A stretch of 64,000 bases of DNA from Candidatus Poribacteria bacterium (GCA_963665285.1 OY762266.1:2120059-2184058); one strand, 5' to 3'. Numbered from the stretch's first letter, positions 1 through 10,857 are shown. Program-made: numbers and translations. Notes: a model not told the origin generated them from the sequence alone.

Positions 1-108
1 AAATACGCACGCGAACACGGCTACAATGAAATCACGCCGGAAATCATGAAAGCTGTTAAGGATAGGTTTGATAAAACAGGCATTCCGTCTTTCAGACCTC
101 GGCGGTAA
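1..108 (+). CDS. 3' end of a hypothetical protein that enters the window from upstream (partial)
   Basis: Frame 1 is open from position 1 to TAA at 106-108. The translation is ...KYAREHGYNEITPEIMKAVKDRFDKTGIPSFRPRR. It is followed by a gene with a PCP_red-like C-terminus, and this tail weakly resembles the same domain. It is absent from the ORF track only because its start lies outside the window. Confidence 0.3.
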   Translation, partial: KYAREHGYNEITPEIMKAVKDRFDKTGIPSFRPRR

Positions 109-150
109 ACTATAGCTGACAGAGATATTTTCAATTGAGGAGAGAAAACA

Positions 151-564
151 ATGAACAGCGAAAACAGAGTTGAGGAGCGACTATCCGCGGTTGAAGACAG
201 GTTGAATCGCTTAGAAGATCTACTGGTTGGTATCAGCCAGAAATTAGATCAGAAACCCCAGCCGGCTGCAATTGACGAGGAGAAGGGCGAAGCGTTCAAA
301 GGTTGGGTGACCGATTACGTTTCAATGCGCTTGCAGCAGCTCGTGCCGGAGACGTGTGACCATCCATCTGAAGCAAAAGCGCAAGAAGGTCCATTCTTGG
401 GTAACACCTCAATCCGTTGCACGGAGGAAGTTGTCCATCGTGTCAAGCGCATCCCCATCCCATTTGTTCGAGAGATGGTTGTCCAGCGCGTCGCTGACAA
501 TGCCCGACATGCGAATGTGGATGTGGTAGAGATTGACTTCTTTGAAAAAGCAGCAACTTTTTGA
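151..564 (+). CDS. Small protein with an N-terminal coiled coil and a C-terminal PCP_red-like domain (protochlorophyllide reductase B C-terminal-like motif)
   Basis: The C-terminal motif VKRIPIPFVREMVVQRVADNARHANVDVVEIDFFEKA resembles the BchB/ChlB C-terminal PCP_red domain consensus (rlPfFvRgkvrrntE.fAre.g...it.e.l..AK). GAGGAGAG lies upstream of the ATG at 151. Confidence 0.5.
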   Translation: MNSENRVEERLSAVEDRLNRLEDLLVGISQKLDQKPQPAAIDEEKGEAFKGWVTDYVSMRLQQLVPETCDHPSEAKAQEGPFLGNTSIRCTEEVVHRVKRIPIPFVREMVVQRVADNARHANVDVVEIDFFEKAATF

Positions 565-651
565 CAATGCGAAGCAACGGAGGAGTTTCCTCTGCCACAC
601 TTCCACTGGGAGGATTTCTTAACATCTCCTCTCTGAGATGATACCAATTCC

Positions 652-1146
652 ATGCCAACATACCCACTCAATGAGAATCAGCAGGCAGCCTATCAAGCCT
701 TAGCCGCTCATATCGATTCCGGGTCTGAGCACGGGACGATTTGTCTCGTCGGAGAGTTTCAATCTGGCAAGACAAACTTGGTCAAGCATTTACTGGACGA
801 AAAATTGGGAGATTCTACAGATTATTACGTAAACCTGAATCTGTATCTGCTTGATGAATTAGATAAACAACGTGCGTCAATCGCTTACGCCGGCGCGAAA
901 GCAAAAATACACCTCCTGATACAGATCGCTATTGAAGATCTGCTGGACAGACATTTCCAAACGCACAATTTCCTCGTCCTTGATGCTATCGAAATGATTT
1001 ACTCCTATGAGCTCAATCTTGTTACGATTACCGATCGCTTTGCCCGCGACGGTAAGCGCTGCATCATCTGTGTTCCTGAAAGCAAAAAACATAACTACTA
1101 CTTTGATTTTAATTGGGGACTTGCAGAGGCAATCCGAATCAACTGA
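652..1146 (+). CDS. Hypothetical P-loop NTPase-like protein
   Basis: A Walker-A-like motif GEFQSGKT is near the N-terminus. There is no other recognisable family signature. Confidence 0.45.
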   Translation: MPTYPLNENQQAAYQALAAHIDSGSEHGTICLVGEFQSGKTNLVKHLLDEKLGDSTDYYVNLNLYLLDELDKQRASIAYAGAKAKIHLLIQIAIEDLLDRHFQTHNFLVLDAIEMIYSYELNLVTITDRFARDGKRCIICVPESKKHNYYFDFNWGLAEAIRIN

Positions 1147-1402
1147 AAATGGAATTGGGTGTGTTTATAAAGCTGCTGTAAGGCATCGGTAGAACCTCTC
1201 CTGTCTACCGCCCCAGTCTCTTTGCCTATTTGCGCATCTCTATCTGACTTTGGTGTTGACTGAGATTGCGAAATGTGATATAGTTATTTAGTAATGTTAT
1301 AATTGATAACCTTCCTTGATATTGAGGCGGCTTGATAAAGGGAGCGACGTGAGTATGATCTAAGTGAATTCCAAGGATTGGAGATAAACTGCAAGTGATT
1401 CG

Positions 1403-1978
1403 ATGCTCACGAGTGCTAACATCAAGCCTACACAACCCACCTATACCACCAGATTGGAAAGATTCATGAGTAAGCAAGCTGAAATCGCTAACGACCGAGC
1501 CATTGAATATTGGAAACAGAATCGTTTTGACGAGGCGATTGCTCAATGGGAAGAAATCGTTCGTAAAGATCCGAATCTTGCGGAGATACACTATAACCTT
1601 GGAAATGCTTACATGTACCAAGGCAAAATTGAAAGTGCGGTCGATGCATTTAAGCGGACGCTATCTGTCGATCCTACTCTGCCTGAAGCGTACAACAAGT
1701 TAGGAATTATCTGTTACAAGCAAGGCAATGCAGGACTAGCGTTCGCCTGTTGGAAGCAGGCATTAATGATTAATCCGGACTTTGAGGAAGCGCGCCGTAA
1801 TATTGGATTAATCCAGAACGCTCCCCAGTTTGATGTAGAAGACGAGATACCTGCTTACCAGCATGTAACAGAGGGCGATGCAGAAGATGATGAAAACGCA
1901 AGCATTGAGAATAGCGACGACCTACCCACTTGGAAAAATAAAATTCGTCAGGGTTGGGGCGCATTTCGAAAAAGATAA
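1403..1978 (+). CDS. TPR repeat protein
   Basis: Tandem TPR-like 34-mers (AIAQWEEIVRKDPNLAEIHYNLGNAYMYQGKIESAVDAFKRTLSVDP...). The start may instead be the internal ATG (MSKQAEI) near 1466. Confidence 0.7.
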   Translation: MLTSANIKPTQPTYTTRLERFMSKQAEIANDRAIEYWKQNRFDEAIAQWEEIVRKDPNLAEIHYNLGNAYMYQGKIESAVDAFKRTLSVDPTLPEAYNKLGIICYKQGNAGLAFACWKQALMINPDFEEARRNIGLIQNAPQFDVEDEIPAYQHVTEGDAEDDENASIENSDDLPTWKNKIRQGWGAFRKR

Positions 1979-2103
1979 AGCGGTTTCCATGACCGGAAAG
2001 TAATCGAAACAAGATCCACTGATCTGGCTCTATTTTTTAAGAACGGCAGGAGCTTCTCAGCTAGTTCTCTGCTGTACCCTGCATTGATTCTGTCTATCCC
2101 AAT

Positions 2104-2131
2104 AAAAAAAGCCCTCAATTGCTTGAGAGCC
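2104..2131 (-). terminator. Rho-independent terminator downstream of the cold-shock gene
   Basis: On the minus strand: GCTCTCAA-GCAA-TTGAGGGC, an 8-bp stem with a G.U wobble and a GNRA loop, followed by T7. Confidence 0.5.
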
Positions 2132-2182
2132 TTTCTTCCCCGGTTTTACTTTTTTTATATGGTATTGTCAGCTTTACTTGCC

Positions 2183-2383
2183 TTAAATTTTTCTGACTTC
2201 TTCGGCTTGGAGCCCCTTTTCCCCTTCTACAACATTAAATTCGACCTCTTGTCCTTCATCAAGGGTTTTGAAGCCACTTCCGTCAATGTTGGAATAATGG
2301 ACGAAGACATCTTGCCCTTCATCAGTTACGATGAATCCGTAACCTTTCTGATCGCTGAACCATTTCACTCGACCTGTTGCCAT
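2183..2383 (-). CDS. cspA: Cold-shock protein (CspA family, S1-like cold-shock domain)
   Basis: The 66-aa product [18 protein letters not shown]...FVHYSNI is the canonical CSD, with RNP1 (KGYGFI) and RNP2 (VFVHY) motifs. A long AT-rich 5' leader (2384-2688) is typical of csp genes. Confidence 0.95.
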   Translation of the reverse strand: MATGRVKWFSDQKGYGFIVTDEGQDVFVHYSNIDGSGFKTLDEGQEVEFNVVEGEKGLQAEEVRKI

Positions 2384-2688
2384 CAGTGTATACCTCCTTT
2401 CCTAGAGATTCAGAACTGCAAATGAAAATCAAGTTTTAGCGCAAGAGGTACAAAATATAGCATATGGCCGGGGAAATGCTTCCATTTGAACCTAACACCA
2501 CTTCTTTAATCCATTGTACAGTTACATCTAAAATTATACTTGATTCAAAATAGGAATGCAAGCAAGAATTCTAGTGAAAATCATTTAATAGCGAATTTGA
2601 TGTTGAATTTACGTAGGATGAATGCTTTCTGAACGTTTTATTGCGCTCAATTTTATGGGTTGATGGTCTGTATCAAATTTAGTCGTCC

Positions 2689-3450
2689 CTAATGTTGCAG
2701 CGTTTGGGAAATAAAAAGTTGAGTACGTTCGTTCTGCGGATTATCGAAGAAAACCCCTGGTGCTGCCTCTTCTACAATCGCTCCTTCATCCATAAAGATT
2801 ACCCGATCTGCTACCTCACGAGCAAAACCCATCTCATGTGTGACAACCAGCATTGTCATGCCAGACGCAGCTAACTCACGCATTACATCTAGAACTTCGT
2901 TAATCATCTCAGGGTCAAGGGCACTTGTCGGCTCGTCGAATAGCATAATTTTGGGCTGCATTGCCAAAGCCCTTGCAATTGCCACACGCTGTTGTTGCCC
3001 TCCCGAAATCTGTGCGGGAAATTTGTGAGCTTGTTCTTCAATACCAACTCTTTCTAATAACGCTAAAGCCTCCGATTCCGCTTCACTTTTTGATAGCTTC
3101 TTCACCCAGATAGGGCTTAACGTTACATTTTGCAGGACACTCAGGTGAGGAAATAGGTTGAACTGTTGGAAGACCATGCCGACTTCTTGGCGGATACGGT
3201 CTATATTGCGGAGGTCGTCGCTGAGCTCGATACCATCAACGATGATGCGACCCCTTTGGTGTATCTCCAAACGATTTATTGTACGGATGAACGTAGACTT
3301 ACCCGACCCTGAAGGTCCGCATATCACAACTTTCTCCCCTTTTTTGAACGCAGTAGTAATCCCTTTGAGTACGTGGAAATCGTCGAACCATTTATGAACA
3401 TCCTTACAGATAATAATCGAATCGTCCAGAGTATTTTCAAGATCTGCCAC
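2689..3450 (-). CDS. Polar amino-acid ABC transporter ATP-binding protein (AapP/GlnQ-like)
   Basis: Walker A (GPSGSGKST), ABC signature ([15 protein letters not shown]), Walker B ([12 protein letters not shown]) and an H-loop. It is the last gene of a four-gene transporter operon. Confidence 0.9.
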   Translation of the reverse strand: MADLENTLDDSIIICKDVHKWFDDFHVLKGITTAFKKGEKVVICGPSGSGKSTFIRTINRLEIHQRGRIIVDGIELSDDLRNIDRIRQEVGMVFQQFNLFPHLSVLQNVTLSPIWVKKLSKSEAESEALALLERVGIEEQAHKFPAQISGGQQQRVAIARALAMQPKIMLFDEPTSALDPEMINEVLDVMRELAASGMTMLVVTHEMGFAREVADRVIFMDEGAIVEEAAPGVFFDNPQNERTQLFISQTLQH

Positions 3451-3494
3451 TGTTCTGTCTCTCCCTTCCTAGTATGCACCAAATAATCTCAGTC

Positions 3495-4685
3495 CTACCC
3501 GACCCCCAGAGCATCTTCAATTCTCTGACTGATATATGACATGGAGTAACTGAAAACGAAATAGATCGCCGCAGCAAACAGATATACTTCAGCCTGCAGT
3601 CCCAACCAGTCGGGGTTTGCAATAACCGTTTTGGCTATACCCAATAGATCTAGCAGCCCGATGACAGTAACCAGCGATGTGTCCTTAAAGAGGCTAATGA
3701 ACTGCCCAACAATTGCCGGGATGACTGAGCGAAGTGCCTGTGGTAAGACGATGAGTAACATCGTAAGTGGATAATTGAGTCCGAGCGCATGGGCGGCTTC
3801 GTGCTGTCCTTTCGGAATCGCTTGCAACCCGCCACGGACGTTCTCTGCCATGTAAGCCGCGGAAAAAAGTGTGATACCGAGCATCGCCCGCAAAATTTTG
3901 TCAAGGCGAAAATCAGGCAAGAAAATGGGGACCATAATCTGTGCCATGAACAGAATTGTTACCAAAGGCACGCCGCGTACTGTCTCAATATACGCTGTCG
4001 AAAACCATTTAATCGCAGGGAGATTGCTCCGCCGTCCAAGAGCCAGAAGAACGCCTAGCGGAAACGAAACAACGATGCCCACAGCCGCCAGAATTAACGT
4101 TAGGAGAAGCCCACCCCAATTACTTGTAAAAACAGTGGGCAGGCCTGCGAATCCGTGGAGCCATATCATAGTCCAAGGAAATGATAGCAGCCAACCGCCC
4201 AAAACCCAAAGGCGCAACTCTTTTCTGCCGCGTCCCAGAAAAAGGGAGCCTGCTAGCAATGCCACCCCGCCCAACAGACCGAATCTATTCGAGAGGGCAG
4301 CGGGGAAAAAGGCGAGGATAATCCCGACTCCTCCCCCTACGCCTCCGATGACAAGCGCGAGCCGGAGGGCTAGCCCTCCCCAAATTCCAGCACTTAACCC
4401 CAATAGCAGTCCTAAAGTATAAATTACAATCCATACACGCCATATTTCGTCTTTTGGATAAGCACCGACTAGAAAAATTTGCAGGTTAGCGGGTATAACG
4501 CCCCAATTTGCCTCAGTGAATGCCCAAGTCAAAAGTCCCTTGAAGACAACGTATAAAAAAACAACCGCTAAAAGGGTGAAGAGTGCGTTATACCAAGTAT
4601 TAAAAAGATTTTCTTTCGTCCACCGCAATATGCCCTTCGATTTGGTGGGTGGTTTCATTACTGGACTCGGGGCTTGTTCTTCCAC
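3495..4685 (-). CDS. Amino-acid ABC transporter permease (AapM-like, extended N-terminal TM region)
   Basis: Multi-TM protein carrying the EAA-like permease motif region (AAHALGLNYPLTMLLIVLPQALR). It sits between the second permease and the ATPase. Confidence 0.85.
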   Translation of the reverse strand: MEEQAPSPVMKPPTKSKGILRWTKENLFNTWYNALFTLLAVVFLYVVFKGLLTWAFTEANWGVIPANLQIFLVGAYPKDEIWRVWIVIYTLGLLLGLSAGIWGGLALRLALVIGGVGGGVGIILAFFPAALSNRFGLLGGVALLAGSLFLGRGRKELRLWVLGGWLLSFPWTMIWLHGFAGLPTVFTSNWGGLLLTLILAAVGIVVSFPLGVLLALGRRSNLPAIKWFSTAYIETVRGVPLVTILFMAQIMVPIFLPDFRLDKILRAMLGITLFSAAYMAENVRGGLQAIPKGQHEAAHALGLNYPLTMLLIVLPQALRSVIPAIVGQFISLFKDTSLVTVIGLLDLLGIAKTVIANPDWLGLQAEVYLFAAAIYFVFSYSMSYISQRIEDALGVG

Positions 4686-4700
4686 GCGCTTCTTTTCCTC

Positions 4701-5885
4701 TCATCGTCCAATTTGGTTGATCCGACGGTTGTACCAATTCATGTACGCCGACGTGGTCAAGCTGATGATCAGATAGCTCATCATGATCATGCCAAAAATC
4801 GGGATGGATTGTCCGGTTTGGTTCATCATCGTGTTACCGACGTTAAATAGATCTGGGAAGCCGATTGCGACAGCTAGACTGGAATTTTTGGTGAGGTTCA
4901 AATATTGGCTGGTGAGTGGGGGTGCAATCACGCGCAACGCTTGGGGGAGGACAATCAATCTCAATGTTTGAAATTCATTTAAGCCTATCGCTTTAGCAGC
5001 CTCTCGTTGTCCCTTCGCCACGGCCTGTATTCCACTTCTCACTACTTCAGCGATGAAAGCTCCGGTATAAATAACAAGTCCAATTAAAAGGGCGGAGAAT
5101 TCGGGTGAAAGGTATGTCCCCCCAGCAAAATTGAAACCCTTCAAAGCTGGCAGTTCCCAAGTAAATGGCCTCCCCGGCGTCAGAAACCATCCCACAAAAG
5201 CAACCAACAGAAACGCTGGCAGCGCCCACTTTGCAGGAAAGCCGGGCTGTTCCATCTGTCGAAGTTTTCTCAACCGCACAAGATAGAGAATGACTGCTAA
5301 AATGACCCCTCCGGCGAGGCAACCAAGCCAGATCTGCACGCCTGATGTGGCTTGAGGCGAGGGCAGATACACCCCTCGTTGGTTGATAAACACGCCTCCG
5401 AAGAATGTAAAGCTCTGCCGGACTGAGGGCAGTTGAAGGATTACAGCGGTATACCAAAACAGAATCTGTAGCAGGAGTGGTATATTGCGAAAACATTCGA
5501 CGTAAATGGCTGCGATATTTCTGACCAACCAGTTGCTTGATAGCCGAGCGATGCCGACAACAAGTCCTAGGATTGTGGCGCATACAATTCCTATAATACT
5601 AACTTTGATGGTGTTTATCACGCCCACCCAAAACGCTCTTAGATAGGTGTCTGAAGGTTCGTAAGCAATCCCTTCAGATATTCCAAACCCAGCTTCATCA
5701 TTAAGAAAGTCGAGGTTCAAGGTCAAACCGAGACCGCGAAGCCCCCTTAACATATTCATGTAGAGGATACCAGCTAACAGGAGGATTCCAATAAGGAAGC
5801 CAACCTGAAACAGCACGCGCAGGACCCGAACATCCCGCCAGAAGGGTATTTTCTCTGATACACTTTTAGGTAAGTTGTTTTCCAT
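4701..5885 (-). CDS. Amino-acid ABC transporter permease (AapQ-like)
   Basis: Multi-TM permease with the motif REAAKAIGLNEFQTLRLIVLPQALR. The ORF-track start at 5972 overlaps the upstream gene. An internal ATG (MENNLPKSV) at 5885 is the more likely start. Confidence 0.8.
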   Translation of the reverse strand: MENNLPKSVSEKIPFWRDVRVLRVLFQVGFLIGILLLAGILYMNMLRGLRGLGLTLNLDFLNDEAGFGISEGIAYEPSDTYLRAFWVGVINTIKVSIIGIVCATILGLVVGIARLSSNWLVRNIAAIYVECFRNIPLLLQILFWYTAVILQLPSVRQSFTFFGGVFINQRGVYLPSPQATSGVQIWLGCLAGGVILAVILYLVRLRKLRQMEQPGFPAKWALPAFLLVAFVGWFLTPGRPFTWELPALKGFNFAGGTYLSPEFSALLIGLVIYTGAFIAEVVRSGIQAVAKGQREAAKAIGLNEFQTLRLIVLPQALRVIAPPLTSQYLNLTKNSSLAVAIGFPDLFNVGNTMMNQTGQSIPIFGMIMMSYLIISLTTSAYMNWYNRRINQIGR

Positions 5886-5929
5886 GATGTTGGATGGCTT
5901 CAGCGACTGCGCTGCATTTGAAAGACTCT

Positions 5930-6946
5930 TTAACGGAACGGCATCGCGTACAACAGCCCACCTTGAGTCCAAGGCTTGTTGACACCGCGCGGTAGACCAA
6001 TCGGGGTAAGATTGCGTTCAAAAATTTCACCATAGTTACCAACGGCAGCGATAACCTGACGCGCCCAATCTTTCGACAGACCAAGTTTCCCGCCCATATC
6101 GCCGGTTTCCCCCAAGAAGCGTCCAATCTCTGGGTTTTTCGATTTATAAGTGCCAACATTCGATTGGGTGATTCCCTGTTCCTCGGCGAAGAATGTGGCA
6201 TAAACAACCCAGCTAACGACATCGTTCCATTTGTTGTCGCCATGGATAGTGACGGGTCCCAGCGGTTCCTTCGAGATAGTCACATCAAGGATAACGTGCG
6301 CCTCCGGGTTCTTCAATACGTTGCGACGAGCAGCTAGCTGCGATTTATCACTTGTAACTACATCACAACGATCTTGTTCGTAACTGTTGTAAAGGGTATC
6401 AATCTCCTCAAAAACAACAGGCTTAAAATCTACCCCTAAAGCCCGCATCGTATCCGCTAGATTTAGCTCAGTCGTGCTACCAGCCGTGACGCAAATACTC
6501 GCGCCTGCCAACTCCTCTAAGGAGGTGACGCCAAGGTTTTTACGCAGCATGAACCCCTGCCCATCGTAGAAGGTAGGTGGGGTGAAGTCTGCCCCCACTT
6601 GGGTGTCACGGGTAAGCGTCCAAGTAGTGTTTCGGATTAAGACATCTATCTCCCCTGTCTGAAGAGCGGGAAAACGTTCCGGTGCCTTTAACGGCACGAA
6701 CTCGACCTTTTCGGGATCGCCGAGAATGGCTGCAGCGATTGCCCGACAATAATCCACGTCGAAGCCACTCCACTTACCATCTTGGCTAAGAAAACTGAAA
6801 CCGGGCAAGCCGCCATATACTCCACAAACGAGCCTTCCCCTGTTTTTTACCTTGTCCAATACACTGTCCTGTGCGCCGACAAATGACGGAACTGTCAGTG
6901 AAATAGCTAGAACGAGTACTAAAGTGCTAAACCAAAGTCTACGCAT
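5930..6946 (-). CDS. General L-amino-acid ABC transporter periplasmic substrate-binding protein (AapJ-like)
   Basis: The signal peptide MRRLWFSTLVLVLAISLTVPSFVGA is followed by a type-II SBP fold. AGGAGAAT lies 5 nt upstream of the ATG at 6946. This is the first gene of the operon. Confidence 0.85.
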   Translation of the reverse strand: MRRLWFSTLVLVLAISLTVPSFVGAQDSVLDKVKNRGRLVCGVYGGLPGFSFLSQDGKWSGFDVDYCRAIAAAILGDPEKVEFVPLKAPERFPALQTGEIDVLIRNTTWTLTRDTQVGADFTPPTFYDGQGFMLRKNLGVTSLEELAGASICVTAGSTTELNLADTMRALGVDFKPVVFEEIDTLYNSYEQDRCDVVTSDKSQLAARRNVLKNPEAHVILDVTISKEPLGPVTIHGDNKWNDVVSWVVYATFFAEEQGITQSNVGTYKSKNPEIGRFLGETGDMGGKLGLSKDWARQVIAAVGNYGEIFERNLTPIGLPRGVNKPWTQGGLLYAMPFR

Positions 6947-7276
6947 AAAAATTCTCCTTTTTGCTTTAGAATGAGGACAAACTGAAAACCCTCTACTATC
7001 AGAATTCAACAGCCTGAAATAGCTTGGCTTCAACAAGAATTCTAACACAATTGTAAGTGGCTGTCAATCAATCCGCTACCAAAGGCAACAGTGAGATACC
7101 CCTACGCCCTACGAATTAAGCCATCAATTCAGAAGCATGACAGATCAGTTTTTCGTGCCGTTCTCTATGGAATTATGGTATAATGAGCAACCGTTCCGCC
7201 GAGCGGCACACTGAGAAACACGATACTGCTGTAGGCGCGAGAATTCACGATACATCACTTCTACGAGGTCTGCCTC

Positions 7277-9040
7277 ATGTCATTCGATAGTCTAGCTTTA
7301 CATCTTGTAACGGATGAACTCCGACATACAATTCTGAATGGGACGATTCGGCATATTGAACAGTTGAACCCTCACAGCATTGTACTGAAAATCTCTAAGT
7401 CAACCCAGACTCACTTTTTACTTATTTCAACCCACTCTATTCATGCCCGTGCACATCTAATTGAACGCCCACCGAAAGGACAGTCTAGATCCCACTTTGC
7501 AGACTTCCTGATAAAGCACGTTATGCGTGGTCAAATCACAGCAGTAGAACAGGTTGGCTTGGATCGAGTCCTAAAGCTCACTATCGCCCCCGTATCCGAC
7601 GTTCTCGAAGCGTCACCTAAATCGATTATTGCAGAGGTAATGGGTAAATACAGTAATATCATTCTTGTTGATGAAGAGAGTGGTAACATCCTCGAAAGTA
7701 TCAAACATATTGACGAAACGATGAGTCGCTATCGTGAGGTGTTGCCCGGTCTGCCCTATACTCCGCCACCGCAGCAGGATAAATGGGACCCACTCAAGTT
7801 AGACCAAGACACCTTTGTTTCGCTTGTTGAAAATCGGGAAGTCGGTTGGCGATTTCTGTTTAACCAGATTGATGGCTTAAGCCCAACGCTCGCTAAGGAG
7901 ATTATCGCCCGTGCCGGCGATCAGTCTACTCCAGCGCACCTGTGGGAGGCATATCAACAGGTTGTGACGTGTTTCCACCTCTCTTGCAGCCGCCCCCAAG
8001 TACTTATTGAAGGGGGTACTTCGGTCAAACAGTCCCAAGCAGTGGAGGACGCAAACAACCACACCTACTTGAAGGACGAAGATAAAGTTGTCGATGTATC
8101 TGCGTTAAAGCTGACGCAATTTCCAAACACTGAGAGCCTGTTTTTTGAAACGATGAACGAAGCTCTATCCGCCTACTACGATGCAGTTATTCGTGATGAG
8201 ACGATGCAATCTGAGCGGAATGCCTTACGTCAGATTTTGGACAAAATGAGTGCAGCACTAGAGCGGAAACAGGTGTCACTACGACAGGACTTGGCAAATG
8301 CGGAACAGGCTGAAGACTATCGGATCAAAGGAGAACTCCTCACGGCGAATTTGCACCAAGTCGAGCGAGGACAGGCGATTATTGAGGTACAGAACTACTA
8401 CAGTCCAGATTTAAGTGAGCTATCGATCGAGCTTGATCCGCAGCTCAGTCCCTCAGACAACGCCCAACAGTACTTCAAGAGGTACACCAAAGCAAAACGC
8501 GGGATTTCGGTTATCCATCGGTTAATTGCTGATAATGAAGCCGAGCAGGAGGCTTTAAATGCTTATACCTCGGAGGTTGAGGCGGCGAAGGGGTTGAAGG
8601 AACTTCGAGCAATCCAGTCTGAGTTTGTAAAAAAAGGTTGGATAAAAGAAACCAAGCGTCAGTCCAAGCAGAGCGAATCCGCTGGTGCATTTCGGAAATA
8701 TACATCGCCCGATGGTTTTCAGATTTATGTGGGACGCAATAGCAAGGAAAATGATCTGCTCCTTCGCCGAATCGCTTCAAGTCGGGATATGTGGTTACAC
8801 ACAAAGCAGATTCACGGTTCACACGTTATTATTCGCAATCCTGAAAAGAAGCCGGGTATTCCAATGCCAACGCTGCTAAAAGCCGCTCAGATTGCAGCGT
8901 TTTTCAGTAAAGCACAACACGCTAGCTATGTCCCGGTTGATTATACGTGGTTTCGGTATGTCATCAAGCCCAAGGGAACCGCTTCAGGCTTCGTGACTTA
9001 TACCCATGAAAAGACATTGTATGTTGAACCGGGCGTGTAA
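7277..9040 (+). CDS. rqcH: RqcH/FbpA-family ribosome quality-control protein (NFACT-N, coiled coil, NFACT-R/DUF814)
   Basis: The N-terminal NFACT-N region, a central coiled coil, and the C-terminal NFACT-R motif (HTKQIHGSHVIIRNPEKKPG...AAQIAAFFSKA) match the Rqc2/RqcH architecture. Confidence 0.8.
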   Translation: MSFDSLALHLVTDELRHTILNGTIRHIEQLNPHSIVLKISKSTQTHFLLISTHSIHARAHLIERPPKGQSRSHFADFLIKHVMRGQITAVEQVGLDRVLKLTIAPVSDVLEASPKSIIAEVMGKYSNIILVDEESGNILESIKHIDETMSRYREVLPGLPYTPPPQQDKWDPLKLDQDTFVSLVENREVGWRFLFNQIDGLSPTLAKEIIARAGDQSTPAHLWEAYQQVVTCFHLSCSRPQVLIEGGTSVKQSQAVEDANNHTYLKDEDKVVDVSALKLTQFPNTESLFFETMNEALSAYYDAVIRDETMQSERNALRQILDKMSAALERKQVSLRQDLANAEQAEDYRIKGELLTANLHQVERGQAIIEVQNYYSPDLSELSIELDPQLSPSDNAQQYFKRYTKAKRGISVIHRLIADNEAEQEALNAYTSEVEAAKGLKELRAIQSEFVKKGWIKETKRQSKQSESAGAFRKYTSPDGFQIYVGRNSKENDLLLRRIASSRDMWLHTKQIHGSHVIIRNPEKKPGIPMPTLLKAAQIAAFFSKAQHASYVPVDYTWFRYVIKPKGTASGFVTYTHEKTLYVEPGV

Positions 9041-9099
9041 AAGGTAAAGCAGTAACCCTCTTTTTACATCTGCCCCATTAACTTTAACAGGTATACGCA

Positions 9100-10857
9100 T
9101 CAAATCTTGAAAATCTCGCCCAAACGTCCCCCTAGGATACGGCCCGCAGAAACTAAGCACGCTATCAGAATAAACATGCCCACCACACCCAACGCACAAG
9201 CAATATACGACCCACCAACCGGACGTTGTGACAGATTCCAAATCGCTTTGGTGATTGGATTATACTGATCTCGCATAGCAAGAATCAAGCTGTCAGCAAC
9301 TTCCAGCATCGAGAACGAGAACACGAGGATTGAGCCAGCGATGACATTGGCAATTACAAGGGGCAGCGTAATCTTATACAGCGTCCGTGCTGAACTTGCG
9401 CCAAGATTCTGTGACGCCTCCTCCAGTGTTACGCTGGTCTGCTGAAGACCCGCATAGATTGAGCGGAGCATATACGGTAAACGCCTGACCGCGTAACTAA
9501 CGATTAGCAATAGAATCGGGTTTTGTCGAGGATCTAAGATGGATACGATGGATTGGGGCAAATGACGGAGTAAAAGCGTCGTATCCGCGAAACTACCTAC
9601 ATAGCCAAATGCGAGCGCAACACCCGGCAGGGCTAAAGGTAACATCGCAATAGCATCGAGTAGGTTCTTAAAGGGGATGCGCCTACGGGTGAGAAGGTAC
9701 GCGAGTGTAATTCCGAGGACGAGGGCGAGTAGCGTGCTGCACACGCTGTAGAATAAACTATTCTTGATACTTAGCAGCGTATCTTCCAATTTGCTTTCAT
9801 GGCTAAAAACCTCCGAGTAATGCTGCAACGTATAGCTTTGGGGCAGTACACTCAGCCGCCACTGACTCGCATCAGGTGTTAGTGAGGTCAAGACAATACT
9901 GATATGCGGCAACAGTGCCATGAATACGATGAATCCCACGAAGCAATAGATGATAGCACACATCCAACGATTCGCTTGGATTTCACGTGAACCGACATGT
10001 CCGCGTCCAAGCATCTCATACCGTCCTGTGCCAGTCCAACGCTTGGAGATATAGAACGCGAGCGCAGTCAGTACAACAATCAAAACGACGAGTGCATAGC
10101 CCATCGGGTTGACGTTGGCATCGGTAACTTGGCGGAAGATCCGCACGGCGATAACTTCATTGTAGTTGAAAATCAGCGGTGTGCCTAGATCGGTGAACGC
10201 CCAAATGAACACTAGGATGGCACCTGCGAAATATCCGGGGAGCATGAGTGGAAGCGTCACCGTGCGGAAAAGCGTGAAGCGCGATGCCCCCATGTTTTCT
10301 GCTGCTTCCTCCAAGCTTGGATCTACATTTGCTAGCACCGCAACGACGTTGAGATACATTATTGGATAGAGATGCAGCGTTGACAGCAGGATAACTCCCC
10401 AAAATCCGCTACCGAACCAATCGATCGGTGCTGCCAAATCGATAAGCCCAATTTTGTTCAGAAAGATATTCACGCTACCGTACAGACCAAAAAGCTGCTT
10501 CATACCGATTGCCCCGACGAAGGGCGGCATGATAATCGGAATCAGAATAATCCCTTGGAGAACGTTACGTCCGGGGAAGCGGTAGCGGGTGAGGAAATAA
10601 GCGAGTGGCAGGGTAATAAGTGTTGTCGCCAGCGTCACCACAACGCCCATATTGAAGCTATTGATGACTAACTTGCGGATACTTTCATCCGTAACCATCA
10701 GCTTGAAATATTCAATGCTCAGATGGTTATTAATCCAGAAAGATTCTTTGAAAATGTACAGGAGAGGGTATATCAGGAAGACAAAGAAAAAGAAAATAAT
10801 CGGTAGGAGGAGCAGTAGGACAGAGGGTGTTAAGTCGTATTTTCTCAGCATAGACAT
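9100..10857 (-). CDS. Fused double-domain ABC transporter permease (FbpB/ThiP-like, two BPD-transport domains)
   Basis: About 585 aa with around 12 TM segments and two permease cores carrying EAA-like motifs (EAAENMGASRFTLFRTVTLPL and EEASQNLGASSARTLYKITLPL). No ATPase or SBP gene lies next to it. Confidence 0.6.
   Translation of the reverse strand: MSMLRKYDLTPSVLLLLLPIIFFFFVFLIYPLLYIFKESFWINNHLSIEYFKLMVTDESIRKLVINSFNMGVVVTLATTLITLPLAYFLTRYRFPGRNVLQGIILIPIIMPPFVGAIGMKQLFGLYGSVNIFLNKIGLIDLAAPIDWFGSGFWGVILLSTLHLYPIMYLNVVAVLANVDPSLEEAAENMGASRFTLFRTVTLPLMLPGYFAGAILVFIWAFTDLGTPLIFNYNEVIAVRIFRQVTDANVNPMGYALVVLIVVLTALAFYISKRWTGTGRYEMLGRGHVGSREIQANRWMCAIIYCFVGFIVFMALLPHISIVLTSLTPDASQWRLSVLPQSYTLQHYSEVFSHESKLEDTLLSIKNSLFYSVCSTLLALVLGITLAYLLTRRRIPFKNLLDAIAMLPLALPGVALAFGYVGSFADTTLLLRHLPQSIVSILDPRQNPILLLIVSYAVRRLPYMLRSIYAGLQQTSVTLEEASQNLGASSARTLYKITLPLVIANVIAGSILVFSFSMLEVADSLILAMRDQYNPITKAIWNLSQRPVGGSYIACALGVVGMFILIACLVSAGRILGGRLGEIFKI

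Noticed and set aside
3871-5583. Antisense ORFs inside the two permease genes (183 and 178 aa, Pro/Arg-rich)
   Set aside because: They lie wholly inside well-supported permease genes on the opposite strand and have a biased composition.
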